From: an uncultured Candidatus Saccharibacteria bacterium | Lineage (GTDB): Bacteria > Patescibacteriota > CAZHWT01 | NCBI GenBank assembly: GCA_964597145.1 | Contig: CAZQWH010000006.1 | Location: forward strand, 1-56,937 | DNA length: 56,937 nucleotides | Direction: 5' to 3' | Shown here: piece by piece, positions 17,870 through 27,715 of the stretch | Position numbering within the stretch: position 1 is the stretch's first letter | How the letters are laid out: each line of letters opens with the position of its first letter | Program-made: the position numbers and the translations under genes | Notes under the pieces: generated by a model | Seen by the model: only the letters and a program-made list of their open reading frames with translations | What the model was told of the DNA's origin: nothing | The model's database searches: none

Positions 17870-18706
17870 ATGTCAATTGTATTAGGTGCAAACGAAAACA
17901 AATATTACGAAACTCTCAACCGGTTATTCGCCATCACCTCGGTAACCGTTATTTTCCTCTGTCTACTATGCTTGCCCCTTATCCAAGTAAGTGAGCGCGA
18001 CGCTATGCTGTATTTAGGCTTATTAGGCATAAGTACTGCGCTAACCATTATTAAATACGTCTGGCTGAAAGATAAAATTAGCTATGACCATGGCTACTAT
18101 ATAACCGATGTGCTTAATCCAATAATGACTGGATTACTTATTTATATTAGCGGTCGATTCGGCCTCTATTTATATTTTATTTTCTTCTTGCAATTAATGG
18201 GGAGTATAGCCTTGCTTCGTTTTCGCCATGTAGTGGTTAGTGCAGTTATGATCAGCACTATTTCCACCTTTTTATTTTTTATCGACGACACCTTTCAGCT
18301 CGGAGATACCGAGCGTTACGTTGCCGGGCTCGTCCTTTTGATGGTGCTCTTTTTAATGACCGTTTTTACCTATGTTGTCATGCAGGAGCAAATTCGAGTT
18401 ATGCTACAAATACAACATCAGAAAAGCCGATTCATTCAAGATGTATCTCATGAACTTCGAACCCCTTTAACGGTTATTAAAGGCGTTACAGGTCTGATGC
18501 GGGAAAATCGGCAAATCGCTGGTTTAGAGCAAGCAATTGCCGCCAAGCCGGAGGAGCGTTTGCTCGAACATCTTCATAGTGCTACCCAAGACCTAGAAAC
18601 AATCACCGAACGATTAAGCATCCAATCTCGCCAACAAATTGCCCCAGACGACTATAACAAAGCCGCAGCTCCAATTGCGGCAGAAACAACCAAAAGCAAC
18701 CAATAA
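17870..18706 (+). CDS. Membrane sensor-like protein with HisKA H-box but no ATPase domain
   Basis: About 6 TM helices, FIQDVSHELRTPLTVIKG, ORF ends about 80 aa later. Confidence 0.75.
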   Translation: MSIVLGANENKYYETLNRLFAITSVTVIFLCLLCLPLIQVSERDAMLYLGLLGISTALTIIKYVWLKDKISYDHGYYITDVLNPIMTGLLIYISGRFGLYLYFIFFLQLMGSIALLRFRHVVVSAVMISTISTFLFFIDDTFQLGDTERYVAGLVLLMVLFLMTVFTYVVMQEQIRVMLQIQHQKSRFIQDVSHELRTPLTVIKGVTGLMRENRQIAGLEQAIAAKPEERLLEHLHSATQDLETITERLSIQSRQQIAPDDYNKAAAPIAAETTKSNQ

Positions 18707-18764
18707 CCCAAACTGCTAAGGCCGACTTGAAACAGCTGCGCAATAGCGTTACTCTAAAAGAGTA

Positions 18765-19439
18765 ATGAAACGAACCTTAGCTGGTATAATTTTGATTGTA
18801 AGCGTGCTAGTGGTAGTGCCAGTCCAGGCAGCTGAGAATGTATCTCAAACTCTGCAGAGTGCTGGGGTTGAGATAACAACTGAACCGTCACAGGCATCGG
18901 CCGAAGCGCTGCTTAAGCTCCCCAGTGTTTATACCATGCCGGGAACATTTACCTACTGGATCAAGCAGATAGTCGAGCAGATCCAACTTATTTTCACCGC
19001 CGATCCAGCCGACCGTACCGATTTATTAATGGCCTTTAGCCGAGATCGGTTAGCCGAAGGGTACCAGGCAATTAAAAGCGGCCAAGCCGAACAAGCTCTA
19101 GCTGCCCTGCAGCGCTACCAGCAACAACAATTCGATTTAGCCACCAACCTAAACTCTCTCCAGGACACAGATGTAGACATTGCCCCCTACCTCAATCGGC
19201 TCCAAGATCAACTGGGAATACAACAAGCCCTGCAAGACTTTGTTAATCAGGAAGTGAATGACAAAGCCAATCGCGAAAAAATTAGTCAGCTGCTAGAGGT
19301 GAGCTCGGTTCAGCGCCTAGCCTGGCAGCGCTATAACCAGTCTGCGCTCTTGGGGGCACGTGATGTTCATCCCAACCTGGAAGCCAGCCCCAGCGCTACG
19401 CCCTCAGCAACACCAGCTGGAGTAGAGAGTAGAGAGTAG
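18765..19439 (+). CDS. Secreted helical protein, DUF5667-like
   Basis: MPG.F.YWIK..VE.IQL.FT, RLAE; upstream TTGAAA-N17-TACTCT. Confidence 0.7.
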   Translation: MKRTLAGIILIVSVLVVVPVQAAENVSQTLQSAGVEITTEPSQASAEALLKLPSVYTMPGTFTYWIKQIVEQIQLIFTADPADRTDLLMAFSRDRLAEGYQAIKSGQAEQALAALQRYQQQQFDLATNLNSLQDTDVDIAPYLNRLQDQLGIQQALQDFVNQEVNDKANREKISQLLEVSSVQRLAWQRYNQSALLGARDVHPNLEASPSATPSATPAGVESRE

Positions 19440-19449
19440 GCTCTTCTTT

Positions 19450-19580
19450 GTCATTGCGAGAAAAGCATAGCGACGCGGTAATCTACTAGAACATCAGCAA
19501 TAAGCTCGAAGTCCGAAATAATAAATCCTAAACCCCAATCTAATCGGGGTAAATAAGCTACAAGCTAGAAGAGCTAAAAT
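19450..19580 (+). repeat. Degenerate family-A palindrome plus arm-like heptamer block
   Basis: GTCATTGCGAG..GGTAATC (19450-19483); AAGCTCGAAGTCCGAAAT.. Confidence 0.55.
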
Positions 19581-19749
19581 TAAAACGGACTAGTATTCCG
19601 TTGGTCAACGTGCACAGTAGAAGATAGAATCGCTTCGTAAGTTCGAAGCACGCCCCTATCACCCTATGCTCCCTGCCCACCCCCTTGTCGCCAGTCACCT
19701 CCACCCTTAACCCTTGAACCTAATCCCTGAAACCTGTAACCTAATAAGT

Positions 19750-20757
19750 ATGAACATTTTAGTCACTGGCGGGGCTGGGTATATTGGGTCAGAAACTGTG
19801 GCGCATTTAATTGCCAACGGACACCAGGTAGTAGTTTTAGATTCGTTAGAGTTTGGACACGAGCAGGCCCTGGTGGATGGAGCAGAACTAGTTAAGGGTC
19901 GAATTGACGATCAAGATATTCTCAATGCTGTACTTTCTCAGCATCGGTTCGATGGCGTTATCCATTTTGCCGCCTATATTCAGGTCGGTGAATCCGTGGC
20001 TGAACCCGCTAAATACTTTGCCAATAATGTCGCAGGTTCACTAGTCCTATTTAAGACCCTCGTAGAGCATAAGCTAGAGAGGGTAGTTTTTTCCTCATCT
20101 GCGGCAGTTTACGGTAATCCGGAGCGAGTACCAATTAAAGAATCCGACCGTAAGCAACCAACTAATCCCTATGGCGAAAGTAAATTAATGATGGAGCGCA
20201 TGCTCTATTGGATGGATCAAGCATACGGGCTAAAGAGTGTGTGCTTGCGCTACTTTAACGCCTCTGGCGCAGCTCTAGACGGCAGTCGGGGTGAAGCCCA
20301 TCAACCTGAATCACACCTAATTCCACTGGTATTAGCTGCCGCTGCCGGGGTCAGGGAAAATATTACCATCTTTGGCCAAGATTATGATACTCCAGATGGC
20401 ACCTGCGTTCGGGATTATATCCACGTGGCCGACTTAGCTTCAGCTCATTTAAAAGCTATGGAATACTTAGTAGCTGGCGGTGATTCGAACCAATTTAATG
20501 TTGGCACTGGTCATGGCTATTCTAACCAACAGTTAGTTGATATGGCCCAAAAAATCACCAACAAGGACTTTACCGTAAGCTATGGCCAACGACGGTCCGG
20601 GGATCCCGACCAACTTATTGCCTCGTCAGATAAAATTCAACAAGTCTTACATTGGAAGCCAAGCCACAGCGATTTAGAAACAATCCTCCATTCAGCTTGG
20701 CAATGGCATTCCACCCACCCAGATGGGTATGAAGCAGAGAAGGGCAGTGGAGAGTAG
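19750..20757 (+). CDS. galE: UDP-glucose 4-epimerase
   Basis: TGGAGYIG, HFAAYIQVGES, SSSAAVYG, YGESK, LRYFN, DGTCVRDYIHV. Confidence 0.95.
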   Translation: MNILVTGGAGYIGSETVAHLIANGHQVVVLDSLEFGHEQALVDGAELVKGRIDDQDILNAVLSQHRFDGVIHFAAYIQVGESVAEPAKYFANNVAGSLVLFKTLVEHKLERVVFSSSAAVYGNPERVPIKESDRKQPTNPYGESKLMMERMLYWMDQAYGLKSVCLRYFNASGAALDGSRGEAHQPESHLIPLVLAAAAGVRENITIFGQDYDTPDGTCVRDYIHVADLASAHLKAMEYLVAGGDSNQFNVGTGHGYSNQQLVDMAQKITNKDFTVSYGQRRSGDPDQLIASSDKIQQVLHWKPSHSDLETILHSAWQWHSTHPDGYEAEKGSGE

Positions 20758-20768
20758 GGAGTAGAGAG

Positions 20769-20902
20769 GTCATTCTGGAGCGAAGCGTATTTTAGACGCG
20801 AAGCGGCTCGTGCTTTAGCACCTAGAATCTCCTCTAAAGTCTAAAGTCTAAAGTCCACAGTCCACAGTCCACAGTCCACAGTCCACAGTCCACAGTCCAC
20901 AG
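20769..20902 (+). repeat. Long (62-nt) family-B palindrome followed by (TCTAAAG)x3(TCCACAG)x7
   Basis: 20769-20830 matches the reverse complement of 49517-49578 at 53/62; array 20833-20902. Confidence 0.9.
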
Positions 20903-20953
20903 CCTCCTCTCCCCTTGAACCTTGCCTCTTAAACCTGTAACCTAGTAATTGTC

Positions 20954-21988
20954 ATGAAAATACTTGTCACCGGGGGAGCCGGATTTATTGGCTCCAATTT
21001 TATTCACTACCTGGTTAAAAAATACCCAGGCTACGAAATAATCAATCTCGACCGATTAACCTACTCTGGAAATTTAGAAAATTTAGCCCCAATCTCTCAT
21101 TTACCAATGTATCATTTTGTCCAAGGGGATATTTGTAATGAAGTCGAAGTCGATGCCTTAATGAGTCAAGGAATCGATGCCGTCGTCCATTTAGCTGCCG
21201 AACCATACCCAAATCCAGAAGAAACTGACCCGTCACGTTTCATCCGTACCGATATGTATGGTACCTATGTACTCTGCGAAGCCGCTGCCGCCTATAAAGT
21301 CGATCGGTTTATTCATGTCTCCACGGCAGCTGGTTATGGCTCAGCCAATCCCGAAGACACTCAACATCGACCAGCCTACGAAGGTGATGCTATGCGGCCA
21401 GAATCGGCCGATACTGCTGCTCGGATAGGGGCGGCGATCTTGGCCTCATCCTATGCCAAGTCTCACGATATGCCAGTCACCACCTTGCGTCCGTCGGCCG
21501 TGTATGGGCCATATCAATTTCCGGATCAGCTCATGGCTAAATGGCTTACCAGCCTCATTTCCCGAGATGAAATTGAGCTTGGCCTAATGGGGCAGGCAGA
21601 ACATGATTGGCTCCATGTCAATGATATATGTACGGCTCTAGACGTAGTATTGCATGCTCGCCGTAAAGAGGTTGAGGGCGAAGTATTTAACGTCGGAACG
21701 GGCCATGTCCGATCTGAAGTTGCAGTCACCGATCTCCTTACCCATTTTTTGGACCGCCCTAAAGAGCTAGTTAAAGTAAACGAGCAATCCACAATTAGTG
21801 AGCAGGCAGTAGATACAGCTAAGTTGGAGCGGTTAGGCTGGCAGGCCGAAATGGATTTCCATAAAGGATTATCCGAGGTCATAGCCTGGTATCAAGATCA
21901 TCCGGAGTGGTGGTCCAAACTCCGCCAAGCCTCCCCCGAGCTACTCAAGCCCATTGTAGCCGAAACTAACCGAGAAAGCGATTTGTAG
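20954..21988 (+). CDS. dTDP-glucose 4,6-dehydratase (RmlB)-like SDR with degenerate active site
   Basis: TGGAGFIGSNF, LTYSGNLENL, YGPYQFP; lacks STDEVY and YxxxK. Confidence 0.85.
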   Translation: MKILVTGGAGFIGSNFIHYLVKKYPGYEIINLDRLTYSGNLENLAPISHLPMYHFVQGDICNEVEVDALMSQGIDAVVHLAAEPYPNPEETDPSRFIRTDMYGTYVLCEAAAAYKVDRFIHVSTAAGYGSANPEDTQHRPAYEGDAMRPESADTAARIGAAILASSYAKSHDMPVTTLRPSAVYGPYQFPDQLMAKWLTSLISRDEIELGLMGQAEHDWLHVNDICTALDVVLHARRKEVEGEVFNVGTGHVRSEVAVTDLLTHFLDRPKELVKVNEQSTISEQAVDTAKLERLGWQAEMDFHKGLSEVIAWYQDHPEWWSKLRQASPELLKPIVAETNRESDL

Positions 21989-21992
21989 GTTC

Positions 21993-23414
21993 ATGAGCAC
22001 CTCAAGGCGATTAGCCAAAAACTTTGCGGCCTTATCCATGGCCGAGGTTATATCCCGATTACTGGGCGCATTGCTCTCGTTTTACATTGCCCGTGAGTTG
22101 GGCGCCAGCGTCTTTGGCCAATTCTCGTTTGCGCTAGCTTTTACCTCCTTTTTTAATATCTTTGTTGATTTTGGCCTATCCCAACTCGCAGTCCGGGACA
22201 TTGCCCAAGATAAAACGAAAACGTCTCGCTATGGCACAAATATCCTGGCGTTACAACTGTTAATTTCGGGAGTATTAACCCTGCTGCTAGTTGGCATACT
22301 GGTTATCTTACCCTTAAACTACACCACCAAACTTATTACGTTCTTTTTTGGTCTTGGAGTTATTCCACTAGCTCTTAATATGCAGTACATTTTGCAAGCT
22401 CATGAGCGGATGGAGTTTATGGCCATTGGTCGAGTAGTAGGGCAAATAGGTTACGCTTTACTCGGCTTCGGAGTTATCTACTTTACTCGTGATGTAATCT
22501 GGCTCCCCCTTGCTCAATTTACCTCAGCCCTCATCTGGGCAGCAATCGTCTATTATTTTATTAAACGCTATATCAAGTTTAGTTGGGAAGCAATTAAATG
22601 GAGTCAGATTACTCACTTAATGCGACTCTCCGCGCCTTTTTTAATATCGGCCATATCAATTCAAATCTACTATAATATCGATTCGGTCATATTGCAGTTC
22701 AGCAAAGGAGATCAGGCAGTTGGGCTGTACAATAGCGGTTACAAAATAGTCTTGCTCATCTTATTACTGGCTGGGTTTATTACCAGCGCCTTTTTCCCGT
22801 TGTTATCTGCAACTTGGCAAAGCCGTCAAGAAGTATTCCAGCGGACAATTCATTATGCGGGCCGGGTAATGGGACTGGTGGCTTTTCCTACCAGCATTGG
22901 CGGCATAGTCTTAGCCGAACCTCTATTACTCTTTCTTTACAAGCGTCCAATTTATACCGAAGCGACGATTAGCTTTCAGATATTACTATTACTGCCCTTA
23001 GTTATATTCATCAGCATGATACTTGGACATTCGCTCATCGCGGCTGGACTACAAAAGCAAAGTACGATTGGGATAGTAATTGGCGCAATTGTGAATCTGC
23101 TCTTGAATATGGTCTTAATCCCATCATATGGCATTAATGGTGCTGCTATTGCCACATTTGCCGCAGAGATAGCGGTGCTAGGCTATATCTATCCAGTGTA
23201 TCGAAATCTCATCAGTGAGCCGGTGTGGGTCAGCTATAGTGTAAGGCCCTTGCTAGCCGCGCTCGGTATGGCTGTGGTACTGTATGTGTTGCCCGCACAA
23301 GTTCCGGTACTAGTCCAAATCATGATTGGTGTTATAACCTACAGTATTGCCATTGTAGCCATACGAGGGATAACCATAGAAGATTACCGAGCGCTTCGCG
23401 AGCAGCAAGTCTAA
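21993..23414 (+). CDS. Wzx-type flippase
   Basis: About 12-14 TM helices, DFGL, IYYNIDS, VGLY, LIP.YGINGAAIAT. Confidence 0.9.
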   Translation: MSTSRRLAKNFAALSMAEVISRLLGALLSFYIARELGASVFGQFSFALAFTSFFNIFVDFGLSQLAVRDIAQDKTKTSRYGTNILALQLLISGVLTLLLVGILVILPLNYTTKLITFFFGLGVIPLALNMQYILQAHERMEFMAIGRVVGQIGYALLGFGVIYFTRDVIWLPLAQFTSALIWAAIVYYFIKRYIKFSWEAIKWSQITHLMRLSAPFLISAISIQIYYNIDSVILQFSKGDQAVGLYNSGYKIVLLILLLAGFITSAFFPLLSATWQSRQEVFQRTIHYAGRVMGLVAFPTSIGGIVLAEPLLLFLYKRPIYTEATISFQILLLLPLVIFISMILGHSLIAAGLQKQSTIGIVIGAIVNLLLNMVLIPSYGINGAAIATFAAEIAVLGYIYPVYRNLISEPVWVSYSVRPLLAALGMAVVLYVLPAQVPVLVQIMIGVITYSIAIVAIRGITIEDYRALREQQV

Positions 23415-23448
23415 TCTAAGTTTAATAACCAAAGGAACCATAGAGCCA

Positions 23449-24564
23449 ATGGCTAAAAGAATTATTATTGTCGGTGCAGGAATTTCTGGATCAACCCTGG
23501 CAGAGAGATATGCCACAGAGCAAGATGCCCAGGTCCTAGTTATCGAAAAACGAGATCATATTGGTGGTAACTGTTATGACTTCTATAACCAGGCCGGAAT
23601 CTTAGTGTCCAAATATGGTGCCCATCTATTCCACACCAATTATGAAGACGTGTGGCAGTATGTTGGCCGATTCTCAGGCTGGTACCCCTATGAGCATAAG
23701 GTGCTCAGCCAAGTTGGCGGAAAACTGGTGCCGGTACCGGTCAACATTACAACCGTTAACCAGCTATTTGGGTTAGATATTCAAACCGAAGAACAAATGC
23801 TAAAGTGGTTAGAAGCCGAGCGAGTTAAGATTGGCAATCCTCAAAATAGTGAAGAATCGGCCTTGTCTCGGGTTGGCCCCCAACTATATGAGCTAATGTT
23901 CAAGCACTATACTAAGAAGCAATGGGATATGTGGCCAGCCGAGCTAGACGCACTGGTCATGAATCGCATTCCAGTTCGCAGCAACTTCGATAATCGTTAC
24001 TTCGGAGACGTTCATCAATCGCTCCCCAGCGATGGGTATACAAAATTATTCGAAAACATGCTCGACCATCCAAATATTGAGGTTCGGTTAAATACCGATT
24101 ATTTTGATGTAAAAGATAATTTGGGTGAGTATGATCACCTTTTTTATACGGGGCCAATTGACCGTTTCTTTGAATACAAATACTCAAATGAGGACACTCT
24201 AAAGTATCGTTCATTAAATTTTGTGTTTGAGACACACGACCAAGAGTTCTATCAATCCAACTCGGTTATTAATTATCCGGGGAATGAGGTGGAATTCACC
24301 CGCATTGTTGAATATAAGCACTTTACCAAGCAACAACATCCACAAACAACCATTTCAAAAGAGTTTTCAACCTGGGATGGTGAACCTTATTATCCAGTGC
24401 CCAACCACGCCAACCAGCGATTATATCAGGAATACCAATTAGAAGCCGAGAAGCTACGCAATATCCATTTTGTCGGTAGATTAGCCAACTATAAGTACTT
24501 TAATATGGACCAAGCCTTCAAAAATGCCCTCGACTTATATTCCACCCTGGAGCCTCAATCATAA
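23449..24564 (+). CDS. glf: UDP-galactopyranose mutase
   Basis: GAGISG, HIGGNCYD, YGAHLFHT, YT.KQW, GRLANYKYFNMD. Confidence 0.96.
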   Translation: MAKRIIIVGAGISGSTLAERYATEQDAQVLVIEKRDHIGGNCYDFYNQAGILVSKYGAHLFHTNYEDVWQYVGRFSGWYPYEHKVLSQVGGKLVPVPVNITTVNQLFGLDIQTEEQMLKWLEAERVKIGNPQNSEESALSRVGPQLYELMFKHYTKKQWDMWPAELDALVMNRIPVRSNFDNRYFGDVHQSLPSDGYTKLFENMLDHPNIEVRLNTDYFDVKDNLGEYDHLFYTGPIDRFFEYKYSNEDTLKYRSLNFVFETHDQEFYQSNSVINYPGNEVEFTRIVEYKHFTKQQHPQTTISKEFSTWDGEPYYPVPNHANQRLYQEYQLEAEKLRNIHFVGRLANYKYFNMDQAFKNALDLYSTLEPQS

Positions 24565-25542
24565 ATGAACAGCTTAAAGCCAAAATATCGAGTTGCGGCG
24601 ATTGTGGTCACCTATAACCGCCTCGCCTTACTCAAGGAGTCTTTAGCTGCGCTCAAATCTCAACGGTATCCTTTAGCTAAAATCTTTATTATCGATAACG
24701 CATCGACCGATGGCACCCAAGCCTGGTTTGAACAATCGTCACTAGCCCAAGATTATACATTCCAATTCATTCAGTTAGGTAAAAACGTCGGTGGCGCGGG
24801 TGGTTTTGAAGCGGGAATGTCTTACGCCATGAGAGAAGAGTATGATTGGCTGTGGCTAATGGATGATGACTCCATTGCTGAGCCCAAAGCACTAGAGTCC
24901 CTCTTAGCCTCCGAGCTGGCTCACGAAGATGAGGTCGGCGTATTATCGTCAAAAGTTGTGGGAGTAGAGGGTAATGTTTTAGATATGAATCGTCAGTTTA
25001 CGTTCGATTCCTGGACTGGAGATCGGCATTGGGTAGATCTAAGTCAATTTAAGCAAGAAGCGTTTGAGGTCGACTGCACCTCATTCGTCGGGTTTTTGAT
25101 TCGAACTGATGTGGTAAAAAAAATTGGACTACCGATTGGAAGTATGTTTATTCACTTCGACGATCATGAATATTCTCTGCGTGTTCGGCAAGCCGGTTAC
25201 AAAATAATGGTTATCTCCTCCAGTAGCATCGTTCATAAACTAACCCTAATGCGCGACAAGGATTCCCGCTACCTTTATATTTTCCCCAAGGAGTTATGGA
25301 AGTATTACTACGGACAACGTAACGAGGTCTGGGGCTTAGTCCGGTACATTAACCCTTGGTATCGAAAAGTTGAATTTATGGCCAGGCGATTTTATTGGCT
25401 ACTCAAATGGTCAACAGTTTTTATTCACTTTGATCATCCCTGGTTACGCTTGCGTCTAGCTTGGCAGTCATACTTTGATGCCTGTCTTGGTAGACTGGGT
25501 AAAAGAATTGATCCAGTCACATTTAATCGGAACTTACAGTAG
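24565..25542 (+). CDS. GT2 glycosyltransferase (GlfT1-like)
   Basis: VTYNR, DNASTDGT, GGAGGF, LMDDD, SFVG, FDDHEY; next to glf. Confidence 0.9.
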   Translation: MNSLKPKYRVAAIVVTYNRLALLKESLAALKSQRYPLAKIFIIDNASTDGTQAWFEQSSLAQDYTFQFIQLGKNVGGAGGFEAGMSYAMREEYDWLWLMDDDSIAEPKALESLLASELAHEDEVGVLSSKVVGVEGNVLDMNRQFTFDSWTGDRHWVDLSQFKQEAFEVDCTSFVGFLIRTDVVKKIGLPIGSMFIHFDDHEYSLRVRQAGYKIMVISSSSIVHKLTLMRDKDSRYLYIFPKELWKYYYGQRNEVWGLVRYINPWYRKVEFMARRFYWLLKWSTVFIHFDHPWLRLRLAWQSYFDACLGRLGKRIDPVTFNRNLQ

Positions 25543-25544
25543 TT

Positions 25545-26549
25545 ATGGCTAATTCAACCAAAACCACCTCTCAAAACAATCCGGAAGTGCCAGTAGCCGC
25601 CGTCATTGTCACCTATAATCGCCTCGCCTTACTCAAGGAATGCTTAGAGGCCTTAACTAAGCAAACTACTAAGTTGAAAACCATCTACGTTGTCAATAAT
25701 GCTTCCACGGACGGCACTGATGTTTGGATGCAGCAGCGAGCCAGTCAATCAAAATCTCAAATCCACTATCTATCTATGGAACAGAATTTAGGTGGAGCAG
25801 CCGGATTCGAATATGGGCTGCGTCAAATTAATCTTGATGCCTATGACTGGGTATGGATTATGGATGATGACTCAATTGCTCAGCCCAGCGCCCTGGAGCA
25901 ACTACTAAATTTGCCCTCGGCTAAAGACAGTGCGGTTGGAGTCATGTGTTCAAAGGTTGTCGATCCAGCGGGTGGTTTAGTTAATGTGCCAGCCATGTTC
26001 GACTGGACATTTGGCAAAACGCATCCTATACCCTTAGCTAGTTTTGACCAAGCCCAAACCAAAGTCGACGCGGCAACATTTGTCGGCTTTTTTGTACGAA
26101 CAAAAGTGATTCGAAAGGTGGGTTACCCCAAAGGCGATTATTTTATCCAATCGGACGACTTTGAATACAGCCTCAGAATCCGCCAAGCGGGATATAAGAT
26201 CCTCTTAATCAGTAGTAGCCTCATACTACATAAAATCACTGTAATAAAAGAGAAAACACAGCAGGGTGATTACATTCCGGCCAGTGAGTTATGGAAATAC
26301 TACTATCTGCTACGCAACGAGATTCTATCATTATCGCTATATCTACCGACAACAATTAGTCGCTGGAGATTTTACTTATGGCATATATATCGAGCTACTA
26401 AAAACAGCTTTAAAATTATGACTCAAGACCACAAACACCTCCGTCTCAAAATTGAATGGTGGGCCCTAATGGATGGGATATTGCGTCGTTCGGGAAAACG
26501 CCTCGATCCGGTAAAATTCAAGCAACGGCTAGTTGGGGAAACACAATGA
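25545..26549 (+). CDS. GT2 glycosyltransferase, paralog of the preceding gene
   Basis: Same motif set (IMDDD, TFVG, SDDFEY). Confidence 0.9.
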   Translation: MANSTKTTSQNNPEVPVAAVIVTYNRLALLKECLEALTKQTTKLKTIYVVNNASTDGTDVWMQQRASQSKSQIHYLSMEQNLGGAAGFEYGLRQINLDAYDWVWIMDDDSIAQPSALEQLLNLPSAKDSAVGVMCSKVVDPAGGLVNVPAMFDWTFGKTHPIPLASFDQAQTKVDAATFVGFFVRTKVIRKVGYPKGDYFIQSDDFEYSLRIRQAGYKILLISSSLILHKITVIKEKTQQGDYIPASELWKYYYLLRNEILSLSLYLPTTISRWRFYLWHIYRATKNSFKIMTQDHKHLRLKIEWWALMDGILRRSGKRLDPVKFKQRLVGETQ

Positions 26550-27310
26550 GGCCAGCCTTAGTCAGTGCAATTATTCCCAATTATAATTACGGTGGCTATG
26601 TAGCCGAGGCCATCCACAGCGTCCTTGGCCAGACCTATTCCAATATTGAGGTAATAGTTGTTGATGACGGGTCCACCGATAACTCTATTGAGGTATTGAA
26701 GCAATTTGATGCGGATCTGATGCTAATTCGGCAATCGAATCAAGGGGTTGTAATAGCTCGAGGTAATGGAGCTAAGGCAGCCGCCGGCGAATATATTTTC
26801 TTTCTCGATGCCGATGATGTTATTCATCCAACCTATGTCGAAAAACTGGTAGCAGCTACCAGGACATCAGGGGCAGCTTTTGCCTATTGCGATTTTGAAT
26901 ACTTTGGCTTGCAAAATCAAATCGTTCGATCTTGCCCCTGGAATAAACGTAAACTACTGTACCGAAATTATATTATTGCCGCCGCCCTCATCGAGCGCAA
27001 AGCCTTCGATGCGGTTGGTGGGTTTAGTATTGAGGTGAATCAAAAAGCCAGCTTTGAGGATTGGGACTTATGGTTGAGTTTGGTTGAGGCCGGCTATAGC
27101 GGTGTCTATGTGCCGGAACCCTTATTTAAATACAGACTGCACGGCAAAGGTCGCAATGTAGCTGCCTTGGCACAACGGTCTAAGTTAGAAAAAATTTTGC
27201 ACCAACGCCACCCTAAGCTATATAAAAATCTACCCAATATGGCTTATTTAACCCTCTTTCGTACAGCTAGTCGGCTACGCAATGCAATAGTAAAAGCTCC
27301 AGGGACGTAG
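26546..27310 (+). CDS. GT2 glycosyltransferase
   Basis: IIPNYN, VDDGSTD, FLDADD, EDWDLW; ATGA overlap gives start 26546. Confidence 0.9.
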   Translation: MRPALVSAIIPNYNYGGYVAEAIHSVLGQTYSNIEVIVVDDGSTDNSIEVLKQFDADLMLIRQSNQGVVIARGNGAKAAAGEYIFFLDADDVIHPTYVEKLVAATRTSGAAFAYCDFEYFGLQNQIVRSCPWNKRKLLYRNYIIAAALIERKAFDAVGGFSIEVNQKASFEDWDLWLSLVEAGYSGVYVPEPLFKYRLHGKGRNVAALAQRSKLEKILHQRHPKLYKNLPNMAYLTLFRTASRLRNAIVKAPGT

Positions 27311-27346
27311 GGGACATGTAGGATATAGGATGTGGGATGTAAAATC

Positions 27347-27632
27347 GGACTGCTGGACTGCTGGACTGCTGGACTGCTGGACTGCTGGACAATTATAATA
27401 CCAAATTCAAAACTTGAAATGAGAAACAAATCCCAAGCTCGAAATCAGAAATACCAAACCTAACCACCTACAACCCGATATGCGAGATACGATATACGAA
27501 ATACGAAATACGAAATACGAAATACGAAATACGATCTACACCCCCCTCCCCGTCATTCTGGAACGAAGCGCAGCGAAGAGATAGAATCTCCTTCCAAAGT
27601 CCAAAGTCCAAAGTCCAAAGTCCAAAGTCCAC
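27347..27632 (+). mobile_element. Composite intergenic element: (GGACTGCT)x5, AAATTC block, ATACGAA array, family-B palindrome, (TCCAAAG)x5
   Basis: Arrays 27347-27390, 27487-27535, 27593-27627; palindrome 27552-27588. Confidence 0.8.
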
Positions 27633-27715
27633 CGTGCTTGTCAGCCAATCTCACAGGTGATACACTTTTATTCAGTCCCAAATATTGGGTCAAGTAGTTC
27701 TTTTAGGAAAAATTC

